Shown: positions 31,818 to 41,568 of the stretch, piece by piece | Layout of the letters: every line of letters begins with the position of its first letter | Position numbering within the stretch: position 1 is the stretch's first letter | DNA from: a virus | Virus record (IMG/VR): IMGVR_UViG_3300036792_000363 | Location: 1 to 64,000 of that record | DNA length: 64,000 bases | Strand: one strand, 5' to 3' | Made by a program: the position numbers and the translations under genes | Notes under the pieces: generated by a model | Database searches by the model: none | Told to the model about the DNA's origin: nothing | What the model saw: the letters and a program-made list of their open reading frames with translations, nothing else

Positions 31818-34800
31818 CTAGGGCCCGAGCCGGGTGAACTTGCTGCCGTACCCGGTGATGGTCTCGCCGCTCGCGGTCGCGCCCCACTCCGCCGCGACGG
31901 CCACCGTGTTGGCGGCGGTGGTGTTGAACGCGATGGTCGAGTACGTGCTGCTGAGGTAGCCGTTGTTGTTGTTCGTCCCGGACGAGCGCGTGCCGGCATT
32001 GCCGACCCCGCCGTCCAGGAACACGGAGGCCGCGCCCGACCCCCCGGTGGAGACGACCTGCAGCTTGGCGCGGATGGTGCCGGCGAAGTTGGACGCGCTC
32101 GGGAAGAACGCCGGCCCGATGGTGATGGCCGCGCCCTGCTGGGAGCTGTTGAGCCAGAGCGTCCAGGTGAGCGTCTGGTTCTCGAACAGGCCGAAGAACG
32201 GGACCTCCACCTCGTACATGGTGGTGAACTGCGCGGTGTTCGCGGGGATCGACCAGGCCTTGGTGATGGCCGTGTACCCGGTGGAGGTGGCGGTGTAGGT
32301 GGCGGCGTCCACCTGGACCAGCGGGACGTAGCCGAAGGCCCCCGAGCCCGTCATCACCTCGACGCTGGTCCCCGTCGCGGACCCGGCCGGGGCCGGGAAG
32401 ATCTTGGCCCCCGCCGTCGGGGCGGCCGGGGCGGTGGCCGGGACGGCGAGGGTGAGCACGCCCTTCGCGTCGGTGCCCAGGTTCGGCCCGGCGGGGATCG
32501 AGTTGCCGTACTGGTCGATGAACGCCGGGCCGGTGTTGACGAAGAACCCGACGCTGGGCGTGCCCGTGATGTAGCTGAGCCGGACCTGCCCGTTCGCGCC
32601 CGCCGCGCCCGGGCTGATGTTGACCCCCGGGCGGGACCCGCCGCCTCCGCCGCCTCCGCCGGGGGTGAACCCGGCCTGCCCGGGCGACGCCCCGGAGGCG
32701 TGGGACGCGCCGCCCGCGCCGCCCGCGCCGCCGCCCGCCACGGCGGGCCCGCCCGCGCCGCCGTTGGTGCCGCTGGTGCCCGCGGGCGTGTCCCCGCCGT
32801 TCCCGAAGCCTCCGCTGCCCCCCGAGCCGCCGCCTCCGCCGCCGCCCGCGCCGCCGCCGTTCCCGGCGCCGAAGCCGCCCGTGTTCGCGATCGAGTTGCC
32901 GCTGGCCGCGCCGCCGTTGCCCCCGACGCCCGAGCCCGCGTTCCCGGGGGACCCGGGGTTGCCCGTCACGGTGGCGCTGGAGCCGGTGAGCGTGGACGCG
33001 CCGCTCGCCGCGCCGCCGTTCGACCCGACCGCGCCGCCGCTGCCGCCCGACCCGACCGAGTAGGAGACGGTGCCGCCGCTCGGCACCGCCAGGACCGGCT
33101 CGCAGCCGTAGCCGCCGCCGCCGCCCGCGCTGCCGCCGAACCCGGACGAGTTGCCGCCTCCGCCGCCTCCGCCCGGGCCCCAGGACTCGCCCTTGGCGAC
33201 GGTGATCCCGGCCGGGATGGGGATGGTGCCGCTGCCGCTGGTCTTGGTGACGATGACCTGGCTGCCCGCGCCCGAGTACAGGATCATCGCGTACGGGGAC
33301 AGCGCCATCAGCGGGGTGAACACCAGCGTCTCGCCGTCGGGGGTGCTGGTGGTGCCGAACGTCACCACCGCGGTGTCGGACCCGGTGTCGTTCTCGCTCT
33401 CCAGCAGCATCGCCGCGCCGGTGGTGGAGGCCAGCGGGCTGGAGACGACCAGCGACTGCTTGGTGGTGCCCCCGCTGCCCACGTCCATCGCGCCGATGAG
33501 GCCGGGGATGACCTCGTTGGAGTCGCCGCTGTTGTACTGGGTCATCGCGGTCAGGACGCCCGCGATGGCCGTGGTCAGGTTGAACGCCTGGTCGGCGTTC
33601 GGCTGCAGCACCAGGTTGCTGGAGCCCGGCGCCCCGATCATCAGCCCGGCCGGGTAGCTGTTGCCCGCGCCGCCGGAGACGGCCGAGTCGTTGCCCGCGG
33701 TCGCCGACCACGACCCGATCAGGTTGCCGACGGCGGGCGGGCCGGCGTAGACGAACACCTCGCCGGACGTGCCGTAGGCGACGAACTGCGCGCCCTCCAC
33801 CAGGGTGCCGTTCACCACCCCGGCCAGGATGATCCCGACCGCGATCTGGTTGGCGGTGATCGACAGGGCCTCGATGAGCTGGCCCTGCACCTGCCCGGCG
33901 GCCACCGCCCCGGTCACGTAGACGGTGACGCCCGAGGACGGCAGCTCGATGACCTGGTACCCGCTGGTGGTCCCGGAGGGGGCGTCCGACACCATCGCCA
34001 GCGGCGTCCAGATCGCCGGCGGGACGCTGAACGTCTGCAGCCCGCCCGCCCAGTTGAACCCGATCTGCACGTTGACCGCGGACCCCGACGGGTTGTAGAC
34101 CCAGGCGGTCATCGAGTAGGGCTGGCCCGCCGTCACCGGGAACGGGGCGGGCGACCCGTTCATGTACCCGTTGGCCGCGGTGGACGCCAGCTGCGCGCAC
34201 CACGGCGGGGCCCCCGGCGCCCCCGCGGGGACGGACTGGGTGGCGGTGAGGGTGGCGTTGGCGGCGGCCCACCCGGTGAGCGACCCGCCGTTGAAGAACG
34301 GGTTGGGGTTGAGGGCCCAGGACCCGGCGCTGTTGCCGAGCACGCTGGCCGGCAGCTGCCCGGTGACGATGCCGCCGGGCACCCCGGTGGCGGTGGCGGC
34401 CGCGCCGGGGGTGGGGGCGGAGGCGTTGCCCGAGGTGTTGACCGCGGTCAGCTTGGCCCAGTAGGTGACGCCCGCCGTCAGGCCGTTGACCGCCACGGTG
34501 CCCGCCGTCTGCAGCGTGCCCATCAGGGTGGACGGGCCCGGGGTGAACGACGAGGAGGTGCCCAGGTAGACCTGGACGTACTGGAAGTCGGACAGCGGGG
34601 TCGCGCCGCCCCCCACCTTCCCGTCCCAGGTGATGGTGACGCCCGCGATGACGCCGACGGCGGCCGGGGTGTCGGGAACGCCGGGGGCGGGGCCGTTGGA
34701 GTCCACGACGGTGACGGTGCCGTCGCCCTGCAGCCCGACCGTGGTCCTGGTGGCCCCGTTGACGACGATGACGGTGGTGTCGGGGGCCTGGGTGTTGGAG

Positions 34801-37800
34801 GCGGTGGGGCTGGACACCGACGACGGCAGCGTGCTCCCGGTCACCGGGTCGGTGGTGCCGGCCAGCTGGTAGTTCCCGGTGGTCGGGTTGTAGACCAGCG
34901 GCGAGTTGGCGAGGGTGCTCCCGGCCGACCCGGTGGCGACGTCGGCGAGCCGGGCGAGGGTGGCGGCCGGGTCGAAGTAGGTGGGGACCTGCCCGGTGCC
35001 GTACTTGCTCGGGGCCACCGGGCTGGTGCCGAGCACGTTGACGAACTGGCCGCCCAGCCGGCTGGAGATGTAGGTCAGCTGCTCCTGCAGCCACTGGATG
35101 TAGCTGATGAGCGTCAGCTCGTGCGCCTCGTTGCCGCCGGAGTCCACCGACACGGCGATGCCCATCACCCGCACGTCGTCGACCGCCGAGAAGTCGGGCC
35201 GCTCCAGGCCCAGCCAGTCGCCGACGCTGAAGTTCTCGAAGACCGTCCGGCCCGGCAGGTTGGGCGCCAGCTGCAGGGTCCAGCTCAGGATCTCGGTCTC
35301 GTTCTGCGCCAGCGCCGACGCGGTGGCGTAGGCCATCGAGGTCGGGTCCACCTGGACCGCGGTCTGGTACCAGGCCTCCCGCTGCCCCCACTGCGCGATG
35401 TAGCCCGGGCTGGAGGCGGAGATCTCGTGCCCGTCGGCGTTCTCCCCGCCGATGAGGGTGGTGATCTGGTTGCGGGCGCGGACCCGGGTCTTGGCGGCGC
35501 AGTCGTAGCCCTCGCGCAGGATCAGGTACGAGGACCGGTCGGTGCCGAGCGCCACCTGCCCCGGCGCCGGCTGGCCGACCCGCAGCTGGAACCCGGGCAG
35601 CATGATGTAGTCGGCGTTCACCACCGACGCGGCGGACTGCAGGAACGAGTACAGGTCGGTGCCGTTGGTGGCCTGCACGTTCTGGGCGTCGCTCCAGGCC
35701 CGGCCGAAGCTGTCGGCGGTCGCGCTGGTGTCGGTGTGCATGAACGGGATGGTGCCGCGCGCCTTGGCGGCCTCGAACTGGTCGAGCCACACGCCCATCA
35801 GCGGGACGTTCAGGTAGATCCGGCCCTGGTAGCTGGGGGTGGTGACGTTGGAGTTCAGGTTGGTGAGCTGGGCCGACTGCCCGGTGCCGGAGTAGGAGGC
35901 GGTGAAGTAGAGCGAGACGTCGGTCGCGTCCCAGTTGTGGACGATCGTCCACTGCTGGGTCCAGGTCTGGCCGTCGGGGCTGGTCCAGAAGTAGAACGTG
36001 CCCGACCCGCCGGGGGTGCCGCCCTGCTCGGTGATCTGCCAGTACGCGTGGCTGGTCGGGTTATAGGCGGGCAGCACCTTGGTGTAGGTGCCGCTCGGCC
36101 CCCGGAACTGGCAGTAGAAGGCCGACGCCGACAGCCCGAACAGCGCGTAGTAGGCGGTGTTGAGGTTGGACTCGATGTAGAACTGGGTCAGCTGCGAGCC
36201 GTTCAGCCCGGCCCCGTACGGGGCCGGGGTGGAGGAGTCGGCCGCGTTGGCGCTCACCCCGACCGGGGTCACCTGGGCGGAGATCAGGGTGTTGGTCGCG
36301 TCGTAGGGCGACGCCCCCAGGAACGTGGTCCCCGGGGTGGCCACCAGGGTGACCGACCCCGACGGGTACAGGGTGGACAGCGCGTAGCCGGTCCCGCCCG
36401 GGTAGTTGTAGATGACCCCGGTCGGGGTGATGTAGACGTCGGCGGCCGGGGTGGCGGTGGTCCAGATGTTGGTGTCGAGGACCCCGTTGCCGTTGACGTC
36501 GGTCTCGTCGAAGCTGTCGAGGATGCCGTCGAGCTTCAGGATGATGTCGGGGAAGCCCTGCGGGGCGATCATCGCCCACTTGAGGGCGGCGATGGTGCCG
36601 GGCCCGGTGATGGTGGCGGTGCGCTGCTCGGACGGGTCCACCAGCTGCTCGGTGACGGTCTCGCCGAAGAACTCGAACCGGCGCACCCCGTCCTGCCAGA
36701 ACTGCCACAGGCACTCCTCGTCCAGCAGGGTGGACGAGGGCAGCCCGCCGGGGAGGGTGACGTGCTGCCACCACGGGTCGTCCTGCGACAGCACCACCGT
36801 GCCGGAGCCGATGTCGTCCAGCTGCATCGCGAACTGGAAGCTGACCAGCATCGACGACGGGATGACGGCCAGCAGCGTCACGTAGTCGGCGGCGGAGACG
36901 ACCTGGATCTCCCACCCGTTGCCCACCGCCGACGGGGTGATCGCGCCGACCCCGGCCGGGCCGCCCGGGTAGCCCGCCGGGTTGACGGCGGCGGGCATGC
37001 CCGTCTGCACGGTGGGGCCGGACCCCAGGCGCGGCCCGCCCAGCCGCCCGCCGACGGGCGGGTTCGCCCCGACCACGCCGGGCAGCGTGCCGATGAAGGT
37101 GGACGGCTCGGGCGGCAGGATGACCGCGCCGCCGGCGGACGTCCCCAGCGCGGCCATGGCCAGGTGGCCGGTGCCGGTCACGTTGCTGCCGTGCTCGGAG
37201 CCGGCGCCGGACATCCCGAGCGGGGCCATGGCCAGGGACCCGGCGGAGGTGACCCCGCCGCCCGTCTGGGACCCGGCGCCCGACACGCCCAGCGGGGCCA
37301 TGGCCAGGTGGCCGGCGGAGGCGATGTTCTCGCCCGCGGCGCCCGACACGCCCAGCGGGGCCATGGCCAGGGACCCGGCGGAGGTGACGGCGGGCGGGGC
37401 GCCGATGACGAGGATCGCCGAGCTTGGCACGTCCCAGGTGGCGCCGGTGGTGAGCGTGCACGACACCGCCGAGCCCGCCGTGGCCGCCACGTTGTAGGCG
37501 GCGAGCGTGTCGGTGAAGGACAGCAGGGTGTAGCCGCTGGACGCGCCCGTCCACTCGCCGTTCAGGAGGCTCGTGTTGACGCAGACCAGGACCGGGCTGC
37601 CGGACGGCGCGTTGACCGACGGCGTGGTGATGCTGCTGACCCCGCTGGCGAGGGTGCCGTTGGAGGCCGCGCCGAGCACCCGGGCCCCGGCCGGCAGGCC
37701 GCTGAACTCCTGGACCTGGACCTCGGCGAAGTCGCCGCTGCCCGACAGCACGACAGTGACGGAGGTGACCGCGTTCGCCACGAGGCAGCAGGCGATGGCG

Positions 37801-38051
37801 GTCATCCCGTACTGGGTGACCGAGGCGTCGTAGGAGCCGTTAACCGGCGGGTTCTGGTTGGCGGTGGCGGTCGAGTAATTCCACGTGTTGCCGGCGGTGT
37901 CGCTGATGGAGACGATGTGGAGCGCGGTGTTGCTGGTCACCCACTGCGTCGCGTACAGGACCAGGCAGTGCCCGGCAGTGGTGGTGATCGGGACGGTGAA
38001 CGTCGTGCCGCCGCCGGTCTGCGCCGTCCCGTCCTGGACGTGCGTGGTCAC
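31818..38051 (-). CDS. Large multidomain tail tip/central fibre protein (2077 aa)
   Basis: Tal/hub-like segment (WEIQV...LDDIGSGTVVL), FN3-like and carbohydrate-binding-like (NPNPFFNGGSLTGW) domains, Gly-rich C-terminal region. Confidence 0.85.
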   Translation of the reverse strand: MTTHVQDGTAQTGGGTTFTVPITTTAGHCLVLYATQWVTSNTALHIVSISDTAGNTWNYSTATANQNPPVNGSYDASVTQYGMTAIACCLVANAVTSVTVVLSGSGDFAEVQVQEFSGLPAGARVLGAASNGTLASGVSSITTPSVNAPSGSPVLVCVNTSLLNGEWTGASSGYTLLSFTDTLAAYNVAATAGSAVSCTLTTGATWDVPSSAILVIGAPPAVTSAGSLAMAPLGVSGAAGENIASAGHLAMAPLGVSGAGSQTGGGVTSAGSLAMAPLGMSGAGSEHGSNVTGTGHLAMAALGTSAGGAVILPPEPSTFIGTLPGVVGANPPVGGRLGGPRLGSGPTVQTGMPAAVNPAGYPGGPAGVGAITPSAVGNGWEIQVVSAADYVTLLAVIPSSMLVSFQFAMQLDDIGSGTVVLSQDDPWWQHVTLPGGLPSSTLLDEECLWQFWQDGVRRFEFFGETVTEQLVDPSEQRTATITGPGTIAALKWAMIAPQGFPDIILKLDGILDSFDETDVNGNGVLDTNIWTTATPAADVYITPTGVIYNYPGGTGYALSTLYPSGSVTLVATPGTTFLGASPYDATNTLISAQVTPVGVSANAADSSTPAPYGAGLNGSQLTQFYIESNLNTAYYALFGLSASAFYCQFRGPSGTYTKVLPAYNPTSHAYWQITEQGGTPGGSGTFYFWTSPDGQTWTQQWTIVHNWDATDVSLYFTASYSGTGQSAQLTNLNSNVTTPSYQGRIYLNVPLMGVWLDQFEAAKARGTIPFMHTDTSATADSFGRAWSDAQNVQATNGTDLYSFLQSAASVVNADYIMLPGFQLRVGQPAPGQVALGTDRSSYLILREGYDCAAKTRVRARNQITTLIGGENADGHEISASSPGYIAQWGQREAWYQTAVQVDPTSMAYATASALAQNETEILSWTLQLAPNLPGRTVFENFSVGDWLGLERPDFSAVDDVRVMGIAVSVDSGGNEAHELTLISYIQWLQEQLTYISSRLGGQFVNVLGTSPVAPSKYGTGQVPTYFDPAATLARLADVATGSAGSTLANSPLVYNPTTGNYQLAGTTDPVTGSTLPSSVSSPTASNTQAPDTTVIVVNGATRTTVGLQGDGTVTVVDSNGPAPGVPDTPAAVGVIAGVTITWDGKVGGGATPLSDFQYVQVYLGTSSSFTPGPSTLMGTLQTAGTVAVNGLTAGVTYWAKLTAVNTSGNASAPTPGAAATATGVPGGIVTGQLPASVLGNSAGSWALNPNPFFNGGSLTGWAAANATLTATQSVPAGAPGAPPWCAQLASTAANGYMNGSPAPFPVTAGQPYSMTAWVYNPSGSAVNVQIGFNWAGGLQTFSVPPAIWTPLAMVSDAPSGTTSGYQVIELPSSGVTVYVTGAVAAGQVQGQLIEALSITANQIAVGIILAGVVNGTLVEGAQFVAYGTSGEVFVYAGPPAVGNLIGSWSATAGNDSAVSGGAGNSYPAGLMIGAPGSSNLVLQPNADQAFNLTTAIAGVLTAMTQYNSGDSNEVIPGLIGAMDVGSGGTTKQSLVVSSPLASTTGAAMLLESENDTGSDTAVVTFGTTSTPDGETLVFTPLMALSPYAMILYSGAGSQVIVTKTSGSGTIPIPAGITVAKGESWGPGGGGGGGNSSGFGGSAGGGGGYGCEPVLAVPSGGTVSYSVGSGGSGGAVGSNGGAASGASTLTGSSATVTGNPGSPGNAGSGVGGNGGAASGNSIANTGGFGAGNGGGAGGGGGGGSGGSGGFGNGGDTPAGTSGTNGGAGGPAVAGGGAGGAGGASHASGASPGQAGFTPGGGGGGGGSRPGVNISPGAAGANGQVRLSYITGTPSVGFFVNTGPAFIDQYGNSIPAGPNLGTDAKGVLTLAVPATAPAAPTAGAKIFPAPAGSATGTSVEVMTGSGAFGYVPLVQVDAATYTATSTGYTAITKAWSIPANTAQFTTMYEVEVPFFGLFENQTLTWTLWLNSSQQGAAITIGPAFFPSASNFAGTIRAKLQVVSTGGSGAASVFLDGGVGNAGTRSSGTNNNNGYLSSTYSTIAFNTTAANTVAVAAEWGATASGETITGYGSKFTRLGP
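37140..37390 (-). repeat. Four tandem ~20-aa repeats (S/T-A/G-G-S/H-LAMA-P/A-LG-x-S) in the tail tip protein
   Basis: Repeated CCCAGCGGGGCCATGGCCAG-like DNA units. Confidence 0.8.
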
Positions 38052-38089
38052 GCGCTCACCTCCCTACCAGCCGGGGACACTGGCCGGGG

Positions 38090-38500
38090 TCAGGTGCCGG
38101 TCTGCGACTGCGTGATGGTGAACGCCGAGCAGGAGACGGTGGCCCCGCTGACGATCGACAGCGTGGACAGGTTCAGGTCGCCGCCGCTGGGGCTCGCGAC
38201 GGTGCCGGTGGCCACGACGGTGCCGCCGGACTCCTCCACCACGAAGTAGCCCGCGGTCCCGGTGTTGCCGGCCGTGCCGCTGGCGATGGCGTTGGCGGTC
38301 GCGGTGACCGTGCCGGAGGCGGCGGTGGAGGACCCGAACGCGGTGCCGCCGAAGGTGAGGGTGGCCAGCAGCGTGCCGGTCACCGCGCCGTCGAGCGCGG
38401 GCTGGGTGCCGGTGTAGAGCTTGAGGGTGCCGCCGTTCAGCAGCGCGGCCACGGCGTTGACCGACGCCTCCACCGTGACGTCGTACCAGTAGCTGCTCAC
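38090..38500 (-). CDS. Virion structural protein (Thr/Gly/Ala-rich beta protein)
   Basis: GGTLKLYTGTQP...LLATLTF...ASGTAGNTGTAGYF. Confidence 0.75.
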   Translation of the reverse strand: MSSYWYDVTVEASVNAVAALLNGGTLKLYTGTQPALDGAVTGTLLATLTFGGTAFGSSTAASGTVTATANAIASGTAGNTGTAGYFVVEESGGTVVATGTVASPSGGDLNLSTLSIVSGATVSCSAFTITQSQTGT

Positions 38501-38772
38501 CGCGCGGGCTCGTCATCCTGCGCCGGGGCCGGCGCGGGCCTGGCGGCCAGCGGCGGCAGCCGCAGCCCGCCGCTCATCGTCACCGGCGGCGGCTGCTCGT
38601 CCTGCTCGCGCTCCTGCTCCACGTGGCGTCCCCTCGTGTCGTTGCCTGCGGGGCGCGGGCGCGGCCCCGGGGTCTCGGGGTAGGGGGTGAAGCCCCTCCC
38701 GCGGCGGGTGACCTCCAGGCCCTCGCCGATGCGGACGGCATCGCCGTCTGTGATGGTCACGGGCTCGCTCAC
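38497..38772 (-). CDS. Hypothetical protein
   Basis: GTGA coupling within the tail operon. Confidence 0.45.
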   Translation of the reverse strand: MSEPVTITDGDAVRIGEGLEVTRRGRGFTPYPETPGPRPRPAGNDTRGRHVEQEREQDEQPPPVTMSGGLRLPPLAARPAPAPAQDDEPAR

Positions 38773-39002
38773 CAGTCGCCCTCGCCCATCACCAGCAGCA
38801 GGTCCACCAGGTCGGCCCGGTCCAGGTACGGCCGCGGGACGGAGATCTGCTCGCGCACCCGGCGGCGCAGCCGGGCCGTCGCCTCGCGCCTGCGCCGGGC
38901 CGCGCCCGTCTCCCCGGAGGCGTCGGGCTCGGGCAGCGGGCCCTGCCACTCCCGGTCGGCGTACCGGCAGCCGGCCAGGTCGATGATCCGCTCGGTGGCC
39001 AC
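38769..39002 (-). CDS. Hypothetical protein
   Basis: Coupled within the tail operon. Confidence 0.55.
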   Translation of the reverse strand: MATERIIDLAGCRYADREWQGPLPEPDASGETGAARRRREATARLRRRVREQISVPRPYLDRADLVDLLLVMGEGDW

Positions 39003-39005
39003 GGC

Positions 39006-39932
39006 TCACCCGATCCCGTAGAGGCTGAACTGGCTGCCCACCAGGAAGTCGGACCCGGCCGGGGCGGTCAGCGAGATGGAGGAGACCGCCGCCTGCGACC
39101 CCGGGTTCCAGAAGCCCCAGCGGGTGCGCCCGTCCACCATCGAGGACGTGCCGTTGCCGGCGCCGGACAGGGAGTAGGCGGCCTTGTTGTAGGAGGCGTT
39201 CGAGTAGTTGGGGATGACCGCGAACCCGCCGCCGGCGTTGGCCGGGGCCCCGCCCTGCGCGGCCGCCACCCGGAACAGCGGGATGCCCGCCACGGCGTAG
39301 CCGGTGGTCTGGGCGGCCACCAGCGACCCGGAGGTGTTGGCCACCGAGCTGTTGAGGTAGCTGTAGTCCGCCCCGGTGTCGCCGTTGAAGTTCAGCGTGA
39401 TGTCGTCGGTGAGGGCGGTGGTCTCCGTCAGCCGCGCCTGCACGACCACCAGCAGGTGCAGGCTGGTCTGGGGGATCGACGACCAGGTGACCACGTTGGT
39501 GGTGGAGTTCGCCAGCGTCGTCTCGTTGAAGGTGGCGCAGGCGTTGGCGAGCCAGGCCGAGTTCGGCAGCCCGTGCACCCCGCTGCCCGACCCGGCGGCG
39601 TAGTGCGCGGCCGCCGCCGTCAGGTCGCCCGCGCTCCAGGTGTGGGCGATGGCCGTGCCCGCCACGTGGGTCCGGGGTGTGGTGCCGTCGTACCCGCGGG
39701 TGACGATCCACGGCGCCGCCGACGTGCCCGCGCCGGAGGTGACGCTCACCAGCTCGAAGTTGGCGCTGCCCGGCTCCAGATCGAGGGTGAACGGGAACGA
39801 GGTCGGGTAGCCGACGGGCGCGCCCGAGCCGGCGTAGATCGACGTGGCCGACGTCGACAGGTTCCCGCCGCCGGTCACCGCGAGGGTGTCCTGCACAGCG
39901 ACGTTACTGTAAAAGCGCCATTGCGTAGTCAC
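39006..39932 (-). CDS. Minor tail protein
   Basis: Position after Dit; FPFTLDL..ELVSVT..VTRGYDGT..H.AG motif of actinophage minor tail proteins. Confidence 0.75.
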   Translation of the reverse strand: MTTQWRFYSNVAVQDTLAVTGGGNLSTSATSIYAGSGAPVGYPTSFPFTLDLEPGSANFELVSVTSGAGTSAAPWIVTRGYDGTTPRTHVAGTAIAHTWSAGDLTAAAAHYAAGSGSGVHGLPNSAWLANACATFNETTLANSTTNVVTWSSIPQTSLHLLVVVQARLTETTALTDDITLNFNGDTGADYSYLNSSVANTSGSLVAAQTTGYAVAGIPLFRVAAAQGGAPANAGGGFAVIPNYSNASYNKAAYSLSGAGNGTSSMVDGRTRWGFWNPGSQAAVSSISLTAPAGSDFLVGSQFSLYGIG

Positions 39933-39986
39933 GCCGACTGCCCTCCCTCGGTCCTCGCGGGGACTCTCGGGAGGGTTAATCGGTGA

Positions 39987-40676
39987 CTAGGCGGCAGCCT
40001 CCAGGCCGATGGGCCGGGCGTCCAGGTAGTCAGGGAGCCGGGCCGCGATACCCCGGCACTCCAGCTTGCCGAGAGTCACGTTGCACGAGAAGCAGAGAAG
40101 CCCGCGGATGCAACGACCGCAGGACTTGGCTCCGGGACAGCAGCGCCGGTCATGATCGACCGCAAGAAGCTTCAGCTTCCCGCTCTGATGGTGAGCCCGC
40201 TCGGGCTTACGGCACAAGGCGCACACGCCCCCTTGCGCCTCAAGCAAGGCTGTGTACTGCTCCGGGGTGATGTTGAACCGCCGTACCAGCTGGTAAACCC
40301 GCCGGTACTCCTGCAGGTAGGCCTTGGTCTCTGGACGGCTATGGCACTCTATGCACCTGCAGTCCTTGGTCCTCGCCTGTCCGGGCAGTGCGGACCCCCG
40401 GGCTCTAGCGTCGACGCAAGACCAGAACTCGGACCAAGGCTTGTACTGGCCGCAGATAGTGCACTCACGTCCGTTTTCGTCGATGCGGTGTTTAGAAAGC
40501 GTGCGAGGACGCCGGGGGATGTCGAACTTCTTCAACCGGTACCAGACGGAGGACGGCTCGCACCCCGCCTCGTCGGCGATGGAGGCGGTAGAGCGCCCTT
40601 TGGTGACGTACTGCTCGTACAGCCAGCCGCGGTCTGCCAGCAGCCCGCCTGCCTTGATGCCCTGTCTACGATCCAT
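39987..40676 (-). CDS. Recombination endonuclease VII-family (His-Me) endonuclease with N-terminal HTH, probable homing endonuclease
   Basis: FNITPEQY..LL.AQGGVCALC...LAVDHD..C...C..CIRGLLCFSCN..LG; visibly lower GC than flanks. Confidence 0.85.
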   Translation of the reverse strand: MDRRQGIKAGGLLADRGWLYEQYVTKGRSTASIADEAGCEPSSVWYRLKKFDIPRRPRTLSKHRIDENGRECTICGQYKPWSEFWSCVDARARGSALPGQARTKDCRCIECHSRPETKAYLQEYRRVYQLVRRFNITPEQYTALLEAQGGVCALCRKPERAHHQSGKLKLLAVDHDRRCCPGAKSCGRCIRGLLCFSCNVTLGKLECRGIAARLPDYLDARPIGLEAAA

Positions 40677-40704
40677 GCCTTCTACTACGCGCAACACCGC
40701 CGTA

Positions 40705-41568
40705 CTAGACGTACGCGTCGTTCCAGGCGAAGGTCGCGGTCCCGGCCGTGTTGGTGATGACGTTGGCGCCGCTGAGCAGGCACTGCCACATCCGGCTGCC
40801 GACGTGGCTGAGCCCGCCGACGCAGTTGTTGCCCGCGGCGTCGACGGCGGTGTAGCGCAGGATGTCGATCGTCACCGGGTAGGCCGCCACGCCCGCGCCG
40901 CTGTGGGTGAGGCTCACCCCGGCGGTGGTGTTGGTGACGGTGGTCGCGGCGGTGATGGTGACGGTGAACGAGTTGACGGCCGACGCGAACCCCTCGCCCA
41001 CCACCCCCTCGCCGTAGGCGTTGATCGTCGCGCCCGCGGTGGTGACCGCCTGGGTGCGCGCCCCTCCGTAGAAGTACGGGTCGGACAGCAGCAGGTCGAC
41101 GCTGAAGGCGGCCGAGGTGCGGCCGTTCATCGTCGGGTCCATGCTGCCCGCCAGCTCCGCCATCGCGGTCGACTGGACCATGGTCGGGGTGCCGTTGAGC
41201 GTCCAGTACCAGTTGCGCTGCAGCTGGCTCTGCACCTGCCCCTGCGCGCCGCGCTTGAAGAACAGCGCCCGCAGCGCCTGCCAGTTGTCGTTGAACGCCC
41301 GCCGCGGGTCGCCCGCCGGGTACGACTGGTTGGCCGACATCTGGCTGTCGGTCCACATGGTCAGGGTGATGGTGCGCTCGTCCGGGTACTTGGACCGCCA
41401 CAGCTGGCCCGCCCGGTAGGGCACCTGGTAGTCCTGGCCGCGCAGCGTCGGCACCCCGGCGCGCGACCCCCCGAAGGTGGCCACGTTGTAGTAGCTGGTC
41501 GACAGCGGGACCCCGTTGAAGTACCAGATCTCATTCGGGGAGTAGGCCCCCACCGGCGCGCTGGGCAT
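40705..41568 (-). CDS. Distal tail protein (Dit-like)
   Basis: Directly after the tape measure; ERTITLTM, F.VDLLLSDPYFYG. Confidence 0.8.
   Translation of the reverse strand: MPSAPVGAYSPNEIWYFNGVPLSTSYYNVATFGGSRAGVPTLRGQDYQVPYRAGQLWRSKYPDERTITLTMWTDSQMSANQSYPAGDPRRAFNDNWQALRALFFKRGAQGQVQSQLQRNWYWTLNGTPTMVQSTAMAELAGSMDPTMNGRTSAAFSVDLLLSDPYFYGGARTQAVTTAGATINAYGEGVVGEGFASAVNSFTVTITAATTVTNTTAGVSLTHSGAGVAAYPVTIDILRYTAVDAAGNNCVGGLSHVGSRMWQCLLSGANVITNTAGTATFAWNDAYV

Noticed and set aside
32700-38249. Very long plus-strand ORFs opposite the tail genes (also 42048-47111, 21940-23970) and minus-strand 28877-31423 opposite nos
   Set aside because: Antisense or alternate-frame shadows typical of very GC-rich DNA; Arg/Gly/Pro-rich with no motifs, while the other frame has clear family signatures
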